Positions 9,985 to 19,168 of a DNA stretch of 41,471 nt are shown here, in pieces. The notes under the pieces were generated by a model. That model saw nothing but the letters and a program-made list of their open reading frames with translations. It was not told the origin of the DNA and searched no databases. The first letter of the stretch is position 1; each line of letters starts with the position of its first letter. Source of the DNA: Fibrobacteria bacterium (GTDB lineage Bacteria > Fibrobacterota > Fibrobacteria > UBA11236); the NCBI GenBank assembly GCA_041746255.1, contig JBGTHM010000001.1:1-41471 (forward strand). The letters run 5' to 3'. The translations under genes were made by a program, and so were the position numbers.

Positions 9985-11667
9985 TTAAGTCTCCGAAGTT
10001 GCGACGGTTACGGCCTCGCTATGCATAGGCGTTGGGTTTACGACGGGCATTCCATCCCTTTGGCCATGGATGAGGTTCAAGCCCTCGGTTCCGTACCTCT
10101 CCATGTCGGCCACGATACGGTTGGCCCAATCGCTCAAAAGGGAATAGATAAGCAGCAGGGGTACAGCGACCAAAAGCCCCCATTTCGTGGTGATCAAGGC
10201 TTCCGCGATTCCATCGGCCATGAAACGGGGATCCTCGGTTCCGTGAACGGTGATGGCAGTGAATAAATTGATCATTCCCGAGACCGTTCCCAGTAAACCC
10301 AGCAAAGGAGCCGCGGCGGCCAGCACATTAAGCGTGCTCAAGTTACGGTCCATGCGCGGGGCATTACGGAGCAGTGAGGCGTGGGCGCGGCTTTCCGTGT
10401 CTTCACGGGAAATATGCGTCATATCCGTGACGGTTTTGAGCAAGTCTCCGGCGGCGCCACGCAACTCTCGTGCGGCTTCCTGAGCATTCCGATGCTCGCC
10501 CGCTTCGAGATGGGCCATCACTTTATCCATTTTTTTGCGGCTGATACTGTGATAGGCAAGCATCACCATTTTCTCCAAGGCGATAAGCAGGCCCAGAATC
10601 AAGGATCCCACGATGAGGTAGACGGCAAATCCACCTTTGGAAAATTCATCCGCCATATAGGCGATTATGCCCATCTGCGAGGATGCGCGGAAGCCATCCC
10701 CGCTGGCATTGCGCAATTGCACGTCCACGGGAAGTAAAACCACCAGGGATTCGCCGGCCGCCCCTTCTTCTGCGACCAGTTTTTCGGCCACGGCATGCAA
10801 TTGATTGCGAATGGCGGTGGGGATATTTTCCATCCATTGCCAGGCATTGGGACCTAACTGGCCGGTTTTGACCAGAATGGCTGCGTCTTCGCCTTCGGTG
10901 CTGACAAAGGCTTTATAAAAAGTGCCCAGTCGAATGGTAATTCCCGCCGCTATTCGTCCTTGGATGGATTCGGGGAGCCTTACTCCGGGATTCTGTTCCT
11001 CAAAAACCACTTCTCCCTTGATGGGAAGGCTTTCTCGCGCGATGCCACTCGACTCTTCCAGACGGAACTGTTCGGCTTGCAGACGGAATACTTCCGTAAT
11101 CGGCTCATGCAGCAAAGCCTTTTCATCGGCTACTTTTTTTTGCATGCCAGCCCAAGCCGCCTGCCGCTCCGGCAATTCATGGGGGAACGCTCCCGTGGAT
11201 TTTTCGTAAGTCTCATCCACCTTTTCCAAAAGGGTATATCGAAACTGCCGATACCTGTCTTCTTGCGACGCGATGACCTGCTCCCGTTCCGCGCTTTGTC
11301 CGCGTAAACGCAACAGCATTTCGTCTTTACGCGTTTTCACCTGGTTCATCTGATCCAGCTCACGCTTTAAATCGTCCCACATTTTCTGGAAGGCTTCTTG
11401 TGCTGCGACCGTGTTACGCTTGTCCTGCCAACGGCCGACCTTAACCTCCTCCAAACGTTTTTGCAACATCCCCAACTCTTGGTGGGCTTTGGCGAGCATT
11501 TCCTGCCGTTTTTGTTCCTCACGACGCCGGTTATCGGATCCATCTGTAGGAAGGAAGAGGGACGCCATCAAGGCAACCACAGGTATAATTCGCGAAGGCC
11601 GCACCATTGATAAGGCGCTTTTGAATTTTAACAGGGAATTGGTGGAGGGATTCAGCATAACTTTCAT
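9985..11667 (-). CDS. Long ExbB-family protein with periplasmic coiled-coil / DUF3450-like N-terminus (TtpC-like)
   Basis: C-terminal APLLGLLGTVSGMI..F and GIAEALITT.GL motifs; ~340-aa N-terminal region with signal-like sequence and coiled coil. Start overlaps the upstream stop (ATGA). Confidence 0.88.
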   Translation of the reverse strand: MKVMLNPSTNSLLKFKSALSMVRPSRIIPVVALMASLFLPTDGSDNRRREEQKRQEMLAKAHQELGMLQKRLEEVKVGRWQDKRNTVAAQEAFQKMWDDLKRELDQMNQVKTRKDEMLLRLRGQSAEREQVIASQEDRYRQFRYTLLEKVDETYEKSTGAFPHELPERQAAWAGMQKKVADEKALLHEPITEVFRLQAEQFRLEESSGIARESLPIKGEVVFEEQNPGVRLPESIQGRIAAGITIRLGTFYKAFVSTEGEDAAILVKTGQLGPNAWQWMENIPTAIRNQLHAVAEKLVAEEGAAGESLVVLLPVDVQLRNASGDGFRASSQMGIIAYMADEFSKGGFAVYLIVGSLILGLLIALEKMVMLAYHSISRKKMDKVMAHLEAGEHRNAQEAARELRGAAGDLLKTVTDMTHISREDTESRAHASLLRNAPRMDRNLSTLNVLAAAAPLLGLLGTVSGMINLFTAITVHGTEDPRFMADGIAEALITTKWGLLVAVPLLLIYSLLSDWANRIVADMERYGTEGLNLIHGQRDGMPVVNPTPMHSEAVTVATSET

Positions 11668-12467
11668 TCCTGGTTAGTCAGCATGGAGGCGGGTATGGGA
11701 ATCGGTCGGAACTCAGGAGGCAGCCCCCCTTCGGCGGTGATAATTCCATCGCGTATCGCCTCCCTTTCGGCGAGGTTCATTTTCTCCTCCGTCACCCAGG
11801 CACGCGCACCGGAAGGGTCTCTGGAGAGATAACCGAGTTTTCGTCCATCACGCGACGCATAGAACATCAATTGTTTTCCCAGGCGGAGATAAGTGACGGG
11901 CTGGGCATTCCCGTCCAAGGGAGGGGCGGCTTCGTAAACTTCGCTTTCGGCCGCCAATTGGTGTTCGTTCTCGTACAAAACCCACAGGCGATTGAACGCC
12001 TCTTCGGGAGAAATACTCTGTGATTTGATGTCCCGTATCAGGAAGTTTACGCTTTTTTCACGCCTTTCCGTGCGATAGGGGATCGAGCCCGCCATCAAGC
12101 CTTTGAGATCTTCGGTGCGCTGTAAAAGGATGTCCATCAGGCGGGAGAATCGGGTGGTATATTCCGATTCGGATCTTTTCAGGCTTTCAATTTTCTCTAT
12201 CTCGGACTGAATATCGGTTTCCAGCTTTTCAACCTGCTCGCGAACCTTGTCTTTTTCCTGGTTGAAATTTTGGAAACGCTCTTTTCGTACGATTTCCGCG
12301 TCTTTGGCCTCCTGCTTCTCTTTGGACCAAACTTCCTCCTCTCGCGCCATTTCCGCCTTTATTTTTTCAATCAACAGCTCCGTTTCCACCAGAGTGGCGG
12401 GAGGATCGGCAAAAAGGGAAGCGAGGGTAATTGCCAAAAAAACTATTATGACGGAAGCCTTGCGCAT
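11664..12467 (-). CDS. DUF3450 family periplasmic protein (TtpB-like)
   Basis: Signal peptide, coiled coil, IPY..ERR, SPEEAFNRL..Y..E and YLRLG..FY motifs. First gene of a ttpB-ttpC-exbB-exbD-tonB-TPR order. Confidence 0.8.
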   Translation of the reverse strand: MRKASVIIVFLAITLASLFADPPATLVETELLIEKIKAEMAREEEVWSKEKQEAKDAEIVRKERFQNFNQEKDKVREQVEKLETDIQSEIEKIESLKRSESEYTTRFSRLMDILLQRTEDLKGLMAGSIPYRTERREKSVNFLIRDIKSQSISPEEAFNRLWVLYENEHQLAAESEVYEAAPPLDGNAQPVTYLRLGKQLMFYASRDGRKLGYLSRDPSGARAWVTEEKMNLAEREAIRDGIITAEGGLPPEFRPIPIPASMLTNQE

Positions 12468-12512
12468 ATCGTCGGGTCCTTGAAAATGGAAGAGAAAAAC
12501 TAGACGGAGGCC

Positions 12513-12541
12513 ATTTCAAAAATGTTTCAAATGGGTTTCAA
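12513..12541 (-). promoter_or_regulatory. Triple 11-bp-periodic direct-repeat box in the divergent ttpB / phrB promoter region
   Basis: On +: ATTTCAA at 12513, GTTTCAA at 12524, GTTTCAA at 12535. A -10-like TAGTTT lies on the minus strand at 12502-12497. Confidence 0.7.
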
Positions 12542-12561
12542 TACTGAAATAGGGTGATTCC

Positions 12562-13986
12562 ATGAGCGTATTGGTTTGGTTTCGTCGGGACCTCCGAATT
12601 ACCGACAATCCAGCTCTGGAGGCGGCATACCGATCCGGAAAATCCATCCTTCCGCTCTTCATCGAATCATCGGGGAAAGCCATCCCGTGGCGCCCCGGAT
12701 CGGCATCGCGCTGGTGGTTGCATTATTCCCTGAGCAGCCTGGACGCTTCTTTGCGCAAGCGCGGCTCCCGGCTTATTCTCCGGAAGGGCAATACGGTGCA
12801 GGAGGTTTTACTGCGCCTGCTAGGTGAAACCCAGGTGGAAGCGGTTTATTGGAATCGACTCGATGAACCACAAGGTAGGGATGAAGCCACCGCAATAACC
12901 GAAGCCTTGAAAAAGGCCGGGGTGGAAACGCGTGAGTTCCGAGGGCAATTGCTGCATGACCCGGAACGCTTATTAACTGCGGGTGGAACTCCTTTCAAGG
13001 TTTTCACCCCCTTCTGGAATCGCCTGCAAGCATCGTTGCATTCCGTTCCGACCTTGGCTGCGCCTTCAAAGCTGAAGGCGCCCGATCCCTGGCCGCAAAG
13101 TCTTTGCGTGGATGAGTTACAACTTCTTCCTTCCCGCGATTGGGCCGCCGGACTGCGTGAAAATTGGACTCCCGGCGAAGCGGGCGCAAGAGCCCACCTC
13201 CGGCGTTTTCTGCAAGGTCCTCTCGAAGAGTACTTGGAAGCGCGAGACCGACCCTCTTTGGCAGGCACCTCACGCCTCTCGCCCCATTTGCACTTTGGGG
13301 AAATAAGCCCGCGTATGCTTTGGAACGCCTTGGAGGATGCCCCGCGCGAGACCGCCGCCTCGGCAATCTCCTACCGACGGGAATTGGCATGGCGCGAATT
13401 CGCCCATCACCTCCTGCGTCACTTTCCCGCTACCCCGGAAAATCCCTTGCGTCCGGCCTTCGAAAAATTCCCCTGGCGACGCTCCCCGAAGGATCTTCGT
13501 GCCTGGCAAAAAGGCTTGACGGGCTACCCTCTGGTGGATGCGGGCATGCGTGAGCTATGGCATACCGGTTGGATGCATAATCGGGTGCGAATGATAGCCG
13601 CCTCTTTTCTGGTTAAGCACCTGCTGATAGATTGGCAGGAAGGCGCTCGCTGGTTTTGGGACACGCTGGTGGACGCCGACCTCGCCAACAATACTTTGGG
13701 TTGGCAATGGGTGGCCGGTTGCGGGGCCGATGCCGCGCCCTACTTCCGGATTTTCAACCCCGTGACGCAAGGGGAAAAATTCGATCCACAGGGAGCCTAT
13801 GTAAAACGGTGGGTGCCCGAGTTGGCGCGGCTTCCGGTGAAGCACCTGCACGCGCCCTGGGAAGCGCCCGCCTCGGCGTTGAAGGAAGCAGGCGTGTTAC
13901 TGGGGAAAGATTACCCGAAGCCGATGGTGGATCACCGCATGGCGCGGGAGCGGGCCTTGGCGGCTTTCGCTTCCATCAGAAAATAA
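12562..13986 (+). CDS. phrB: Deoxyribodipyrimidine photolyase (class I/III CPD photolyase)
   Basis: WFRRDLR, FKVFTPF, TSRLSPHLHFGEIS, GYPLVDAGMREL..TGWMHNRVRM, LVDADLANN and APYFRIFNP motifs. Confidence 0.96.
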   Translation: MSVLVWFRRDLRITDNPALEAAYRSGKSILPLFIESSGKAIPWRPGSASRWWLHYSLSSLDASLRKRGSRLILRKGNTVQEVLLRLLGETQVEAVYWNRLDEPQGRDEATAITEALKKAGVETREFRGQLLHDPERLLTAGGTPFKVFTPFWNRLQASLHSVPTLAAPSKLKAPDPWPQSLCVDELQLLPSRDWAAGLRENWTPGEAGARAHLRRFLQGPLEEYLEARDRPSLAGTSRLSPHLHFGEISPRMLWNALEDAPRETAASAISYRRELAWREFAHHLLRHFPATPENPLRPAFEKFPWRRSPKDLRAWQKGLTGYPLVDAGMRELWHTGWMHNRVRMIAASFLVKHLLIDWQEGARWFWDTLVDADLANNTLGWQWVAGCGADAAPYFRIFNPVTQGEKFDPQGAYVKRWVPELARLPVKHLHAPWEAPASALKEAGVLLGKDYPKPMVDHRMARERALAAFASIRK

Positions 13987-14080
13987 CTTTTGGCCCCCGC
14001 GCCTCAGGAATGCAAAAATTTAATCCTCATTACTATTTTTTTTGTAACGAAGTTTATTGGAAAAATTTCTTTTTATGGGT

Positions 14081-14096
14081 CTGGATATTATCTCAG
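14081..14096. promoter_or_regulatory. Possible LexA (SOS) operator upstream of dinD
   Basis: CTGGATATTATCTCAG fits CTG-N10-CAG with an AT-rich core, ~140 bp before dinD. The host's LexA specificity is unknown. Confidence 0.3.
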
Positions 14097-14233
14097 TGAA
14101 CAGTTGATCAAACTTTTAATTTTGGTGGCCGCTTTCGAACCGTAAGGTGGGGTAAAAATGGGTATGACTTGCATTTTTCCCCGTTCCGACAAGGAAGAGG
14201 CCTGGACGAAAGCCATAGAAAAGGAGGTCTATC

Positions 14234-15091
14234 ATGGAAAACGAAGACCTGAAGAAATTGCAGTCCCAATTCGACCGTATGGCGCAGGTTTTTCCGGACG
14301 CCAAAGTAGAATTCTGGTATGCACGCGACTTACAAGCGGCCTTTGACTATGACCGCTGGGAAAACTTCAAAAAAGTGCTGCAAAAAGGCATGCTCGCCTG
14401 TCAAACTGCGAATTTTCTCATTTCTGACCATTTTCGTGAGGTCACGAAAATGGCGAAAATCGGTCAGAATGCTGAACGGGCCGTTGAAGACTTCATGCTC
14501 ACACGATACGCCTGCTATTTAGTGGCCCAGAATGGGGATGCCCGGAAAGTTCCTATCGCTTTCGCCCAAAGTTATTTCGCCTTACAAACACGCAAGCAAG
14601 AGCTGATTCAAGAGCGAGTCAAACTTGAGGAGCGTATCAAGGCGCGACAGAAATTGAAGGAATCGGAAGCCGACCTTTCCCGGAATATTTATCAACGGGG
14701 TATCGACGACCGGGGTTTTGGCCGCATCCGTTCCAAAGGAGACGCGTCATTATTTGGAGGGCTTAGTACTCAGGCCATGAAGGGCAAGCTGGGAATCCTC
14801 GACAGCAAACCTTTAGCTGATTTTCTGCCTACTATCACCATCGCCGCCAAAAACCTGGCCACGGAAATCACCAACCATAATGTCACGCGGCACAACCTTA
14901 AAGGAGAGCGGCCCATTACCCAAGAGCATGTACAAAACAATAAAAGCGTGCGTAATACTTTGGTGCAGAGAGGAATCCAACCCGAAACCCTTCCCGCCGA
15001 AGAGGATATTAAAAAGTTGGAACGGCGCGTGCAAACCGAAGCTAAAAAGTTTGGGGAAAAAACAACATTACCCAAACACGCGCGCGATTGA
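14234..15091 (+). CDS. dinD: DNA damage-inducible protein D
   Basis: EFWYARDL, DHFREVTKM, LTRYACYLVAQNGD.RK.IAFAQ.YFA.QTR.QE, PLADFLPT and PE.LP.EEDIKK motifs. Strong AAGGAGG RBS. Confidence 0.92.
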   Translation: MENEDLKKLQSQFDRMAQVFPDAKVEFWYARDLQAAFDYDRWENFKKVLQKGMLACQTANFLISDHFREVTKMAKIGQNAERAVEDFMLTRYACYLVAQNGDARKVPIAFAQSYFALQTRKQELIQERVKLEERIKARQKLKESEADLSRNIYQRGIDDRGFGRIRSKGDASLFGGLSTQAMKGKLGILDSKPLADFLPTITIAAKNLATEITNHNVTRHNLKGERPITQEHVQNNKSVRNTLVQRGIQPETLPAEEDIKKLERRVQTEAKKFGEKTTLPKHARD

Positions 15092-15140
15092 GAAGAGTGC
15101 CCTTTGATTGAATAAGTAGATTCTCTCTTATAATAAAATA

Positions 15141-15953
15141 CTACTTCTCTTCCACCACATCCCACACCGTCTCGGGCCCATACCGTAACGGCAAAACCTT
15201 CCCCGTCCGCACGGTTTCCACACCATGATGGGTGCAATCGCTGCGGGCGAATCCGTTGATATACACCCGCCGGCTGATGCGGCTGGTATTGGGCAAAGAG
15301 CCATGTATGGTAAAAGGATTCCACAAGGCCACGTCGCCGGGCCGCATAATCGCATCCACCGGCGCCGGAAGCCTTTCGAGCACCGCGGCGTTATGCGCAT
15401 TGGCCTCCCATCCTTCATAGCCCCCGTCCAGCAGAGACTTTCCGGAAACATGCGAGCCCGGGATGAATTGCAGGCAGCCATTCTCACGGGTGGAGGGGTC
15501 CACGGCAATAGCGGCTTGTAAAAAACCATGGTAGAGATCGCGATAGTCGCTGTCGGGCTTACGGAAGACGCAATCCTGGTGCATTTGGAAACTGACGCCA
15601 TCGCCCGGGTTCTTATAATGCATTTGATTGGTGATTTGCCGGAGGTCGGGACCCAACAAAGCCATGACTATTTCCAGCAATCGCGGGGAGGTACGGATTT
15701 GGTTCAAACCCTCATGTAGGGCCGAACCCCATTTGACGAATTTAAGCGTGGGCTTTCCCGCGACATCCACCACGCGAAATTCGGTGAGGCCGGTTTTAGT
15801 GACGCGGGCCAGCCCCGTGGCCTGAGCCAGCATTTCATCGAAATAAATGGATAGCAGGGCGATGTCTTCGAGCGGAACCACTCCCGGAAGAATGACGAAT
15901 CCGTCGCGCCAATAACTCTCCTTCCAAGCGGAATCGATACCCTTACCCTCCAT
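15141..15953 (-). CDS. Phytanoyl-CoA dioxygenase (PhyH) family Fe(II)/2-oxoglutarate dioxygenase
   Basis: Y.RDGFVILPGV, HQD (HxD), ENGCLQFIPGSH and PGDVALW...IHGS.PN.S..SRR. ATG 15953 follows an AGGAG RBS. Confidence 0.88.
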   Translation of the reverse strand: MEGKGIDSAWKESYWRDGFVILPGVVPLEDIALLSIYFDEMLAQATGLARVTKTGLTEFRVVDVAGKPTLKFVKWGSALHEGLNQIRTSPRLLEIVMALLGPDLRQITNQMHYKNPGDGVSFQMHQDCVFRKPDSDYRDLYHGFLQAAIAVDPSTRENGCLQFIPGSHVSGKSLLDGGYEGWEANAHNAAVLERLPAPVDAIMRPGDVALWNPFTIHGSLPNTSRISRRVYINGFARSDCTHHGVETVRTGKVLPLRYGPETVWDVVEEK

Positions 15954-16007
15954 TATCAACTCCTTGGGTTCGACTTGGTAAGCGCCTTCGACTCGAACCT
16001 ATCCCGA

Positions 16008-16889
16008 TTATACGATACGGAGGGCGGAAATCATTCGCAACGCTTCCACCGTTTCGCAGACATCGTGAACCCGCAAAATGGAAACGCCTTTTAAGGCCGC
16101 GAAAACCGCCAAAGCCACGCTCGGAATCAAGCGATCCGAATTTTCCAGGCCGGGAGTCTTGCCTATGAAAGATTTTCGCGAAACCCCTAATAAGACAGGA
16201 CAGCCGATTCCGTCCAGAAACTCAATCCCGTCAATCAACCGATAATTGTCTTCGACACGTTTTCCAAAACCAATGCCGGGATCGAGGGCAATACGATCCT
16301 TGGGAAGCCCCAACGAAGCCAGCAATTGCACGCGTTCGAATAGGAAGGCCTTCACTTCCCGCAAAACATCGGTGTATTGCGGCGCCTTTTGCATGGTTTG
16401 GGGCGTGCCTTGCATGTGGTTCAACACCACCCCCGCCCCATAGCCTTGGGGCAATTCCCACATCATGGGATCGACGGTCATGCCACTGACGTCGTTGACA
16501 ATGAGCGCTCCCGCATCCAGCGCACGGCGCGCGACTTGGGATTTCACGGTATCGATGGACAGGGGGATTTGCGTTCGGCGCGCCAAGGCTTCGATGAGCG
16601 GAACCACGCGTCGAATCTCTTCCTCTTCGGAAACGGGAAGCGCCCCGGGTCGGGAGCTTTCTCCGCCGATATCCAGAATATCGGCTCCGGCTTCGAGAAG
16701 CTCCTCGCAATGACGCAAGGCCGTATCCAAAGAAGCGTATTTGCCACCGTCATGGAAGGAGTCGGGGGTGACGTTGACGATGCCCATCACCAGCGCCCGA
16801 TCACCGCCCAGAAGACGGTCCCCCACCCGCCAGGAGCGGGTGGGCAGGGTTTGGAGGGGAGCGCCCCGTCCGTCCGGGGAAGAAAGCAT
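16008..16889 (-). CDS. folP: Dihydropteroate synthase
   Basis: MGIVNVTPDSF.DGG, DIGGESSRPG, SIDT, DPGIGFGK, GVSRKSF and RVHDV motifs; directly follows ftsH. Confidence 0.97.
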   Translation of the reverse strand: MLSSPDGRGAPLQTLPTRSWRVGDRLLGGDRALVMGIVNVTPDSFHDGGKYASLDTALRHCEELLEAGADILDIGGESSRPGALPVSEEEEIRRVVPLIEALARRTQIPLSIDTVKSQVARRALDAGALIVNDVSGMTVDPMMWELPQGYGAGVVLNHMQGTPQTMQKAPQYTDVLREVKAFLFERVQLLASLGLPKDRIALDPGIGFGKRVEDNYRLIDGIEFLDGIGCPVLLGVSRKSFIGKTPGLENSDRLIPSVALAVFAALKGVSILRVHDVCETVEALRMISALRIV

Positions 16890-16894
16890 TGCGG

Positions 16895-19168
16895 TCAGGC
16901 TACGCCGTCAAAGCCGCTGCCCTTACCCGCATCTTTGCCGGCATCCTTGTCCAGCGTGGAATCGTCGGAACCGGCATGCGATGGGCTTTCGGCATCGCCG
17001 CTCTTTTTCGAAGCAGTCTTTTTACGGTCGGTCTCGGTAACAGCCACGGCACCCAATTGATCTTCGGCTTCCGCTTCGGCATCCGCTTCCGCTTTGGCAG
17101 CCGCCTTTTGGGCCGCCATGCGTTTCTCACGGGCGTCGATATCCTTGAGATAGGAGCGGCTCTTGCGCGTGTCAGTTAGCAATTCGCCTTCGATGGCCCG
17201 CTTGATTTCGTCGAATTCAAGCACCTCATGCTCCATCAATGCTTCCGCGAGGTTGACCAGTTTTTGCTTATTTTCGGCGAGTATGGTGGTTACCCTTTCC
17301 ATCTGGCCTTCGACGATTTTCCGAACTTCGCGGTCGATTTGAATCGCCGTGGCTTCGGAGTAATCTCGATGCTGGCTTATTTCGCGGCCCAGGAAAATCT
17401 CCTCTTGCTTCTTGCCGTAGGAAAGCGGGCCCAGGTCGGACATGCCCCATTCACAAACGTATTTGCGCGCCAACTCGGTGGCCTTTTCGATATCGTTGCT
17501 CGCACCGGTATTCTTCTGGTTGAAGATGAGCAGCTCAGCGGCCCGTCCACCCATGAGGATGGCGATCTTATCGAGTACATAACGCGAATCGTAGGTGTAA
17601 TTGTCTTTATCGGGAAGCTGGAAGGTGATACCCAGCGCCCGTCCGCGAGGAATAATGGTGATTTTATGCAGCGGATCGGCATGTTTAACCAACAGGGACA
17701 TGATGGCATGGCCCGCTTCATGGTAAGCCGTCGTCCGCTTCTCTTCTTCGTTGAGAATGCGCGAGAAGCGCTCGGACCCAATCATGATTTTATCCTTGGC
17801 CTCTTCGAAGTCGATCATGGCGACCTGATCGCTGCCGAAACGGGCGGCCAGCAGGCAGGCTTCGTTGACCAGATTTTCCAGGTCGGCTCCGGAAAGGCCT
17901 GGGGTACCTTTGGCGATACGGTGCAATTCCACGTCTTCGCGCAAGGGAACTTTGCGCTTATCCAGGTGCACACGGAGTATTCCTTCACGCCCCCTGGAGT
18001 CGGGCAGGTCGACAACCACCTGGCGATCGAAACGACCGGGCCGTAACAAAGCCGGGTCGAGCACGTCGGGTCGGTTGGTTGCCGCTATCAGAATGACGCC
18101 TTCGTTACTGCCGAAGCCGTCCATTTCCACCAGCAATTGGTTCAGGGTTTGCTCCCTTTCGTCATGGCCACCGCCTACTCCCGCACCGCGTTGACGGCCC
18201 ACCGCGTCGATTTCGTCGATGAAAATGATGCAGGGCGCGTTCTTCTTACCCTGTTCGAACAAATCGCGCACGCGGGATGCACCCACGCCCACGAACATTT
18301 CCACGAAATCGGAACCCGACATGGAGAAGAAAGGAACTTGCGCCTCACCGGCGACGGCTTTGGCCAATAAAGTCTTTCCGGTTCCCGGAGGGCCCAGTAA
18401 AAGTACGCCCTTGGGAATGCGCCCACCCAGATTGGCGAATTTGGAGGTATCCCGAAGAAATTCGATGACCTCCTGTAATTCTTGCTTGGCTTCATCAGCC
18501 CCGGCCACGTCCTTGAAGGTTGTTTTGGGACGGTTTTCATCCAGCACCTTGGTCTTCATCTTGCCGAAGGAGAATATTCCTTTCGCTCCGCCCATCTGCC
18601 CTTGTCGGGACATCATGAACCAGAAAAATGCGATAAGCAGGAAAAGTGGGAAAATGGTGCCCAAATAGCCGAGCCACCGGGTTTCCCTCACGAAGGTTAC
18701 TTCCGTGCCACGCGAGACCAGATTATCCAACATCGCTTGCAAAGGCTCATCGATGTCGGGAAGAATCGTCTTGAATTTTACCGTGCGGGCAGCCAGCGCG
18801 CTACGGTCCTCGCGAAACTCCGCCTGCTCCTGGGGCGAAAGCTCGCGTTCACCCACGACCAGATAACCCTCGCCGACCCTTTGCAGTTCCAGGGAAGTGA
18901 TTTTGATTTTTTCGTCGACTATGATTTCCCGGAATTGGGAATAGCTTTTCTCTTCGACGGGATTTTGCGAGTCGAGCAGTTGAATCAGAAAAATCGCAAC
19001 CAACACCATCGCCAGAATCAAAGTCAGGTTCTTACGACCCAATTTGCCCGGCTGTGGAGTGCCTTGCTTGGAATCCGGCGCTTTGTCGCGTCTCGGAATT
19101 TCCTTCTTACTTTTCTGGTTTTTGTCGTCTACCAAATTATTGTTTTTGTCTTCTACTGGTTTTCCCAT
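16895..19168 (-). CDS. ftsH: ATP-dependent zinc metalloprotease FtsH
   Basis: Two TM helices, Walker A GPPGTGKT, Walker [22 protein letters not shown] and HEAGH zinc motif. Confidence 0.98.
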   Translation of the reverse strand: MGKPVEDKNNNLVDDKNQKSKKEIPRRDKAPDSKQGTPQPGKLGRKNLTLILAMVLVAIFLIQLLDSQNPVEEKSYSQFREIIVDEKIKITSLELQRVGEGYLVVGERELSPQEQAEFREDRSALAARTVKFKTILPDIDEPLQAMLDNLVSRGTEVTFVRETRWLGYLGTIFPLFLLIAFFWFMMSRQGQMGGAKGIFSFGKMKTKVLDENRPKTTFKDVAGADEAKQELQEVIEFLRDTSKFANLGGRIPKGVLLLGPPGTGKTLLAKAVAGEAQVPFFSMSGSDFVEMFVGVGASRVRDLFEQGKKNAPCIIFIDEIDAVGRQRGAGVGGGHDEREQTLNQLLVEMDGFGSNEGVILIAATNRPDVLDPALLRPGRFDRQVVVDLPDSRGREGILRVHLDKRKVPLREDVELHRIAKGTPGLSGADLENLVNEACLLAARFGSDQVAMIDFEEAKDKIMIGSERFSRILNEEEKRTTAYHEAGHAIMSLLVKHADPLHKITIIPRGRALGITFQLPDKDNYTYDSRYVLDKIAILMGGRAAELLIFNQKNTGASNDIEKATELARKYVCEWGMSDLGPLSYGKKQEEIFLGREISQHRDYSEATAIQIDREVRKIVEGQMERVTTILAENKQKLVNLAEALMEHEVLEFDEIKRAIEGELLTDTRKSRSYLKDIDAREKRMAAQKAAAKAEADAEAEAEDQLGAVAVTETDRKKTASKKSGDAESPSHAGSDDSTLDKDAGKDAGKGSGFDGVA

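Noticed and set aside
15966..16000. GGTTCGA / TCGAACC segments resembling a tRNA T-loop
   Set aside because: No cloverleaf fits the ~50-bp gap. It is a simple inverted repeat between folP and the dioxygenase gene.
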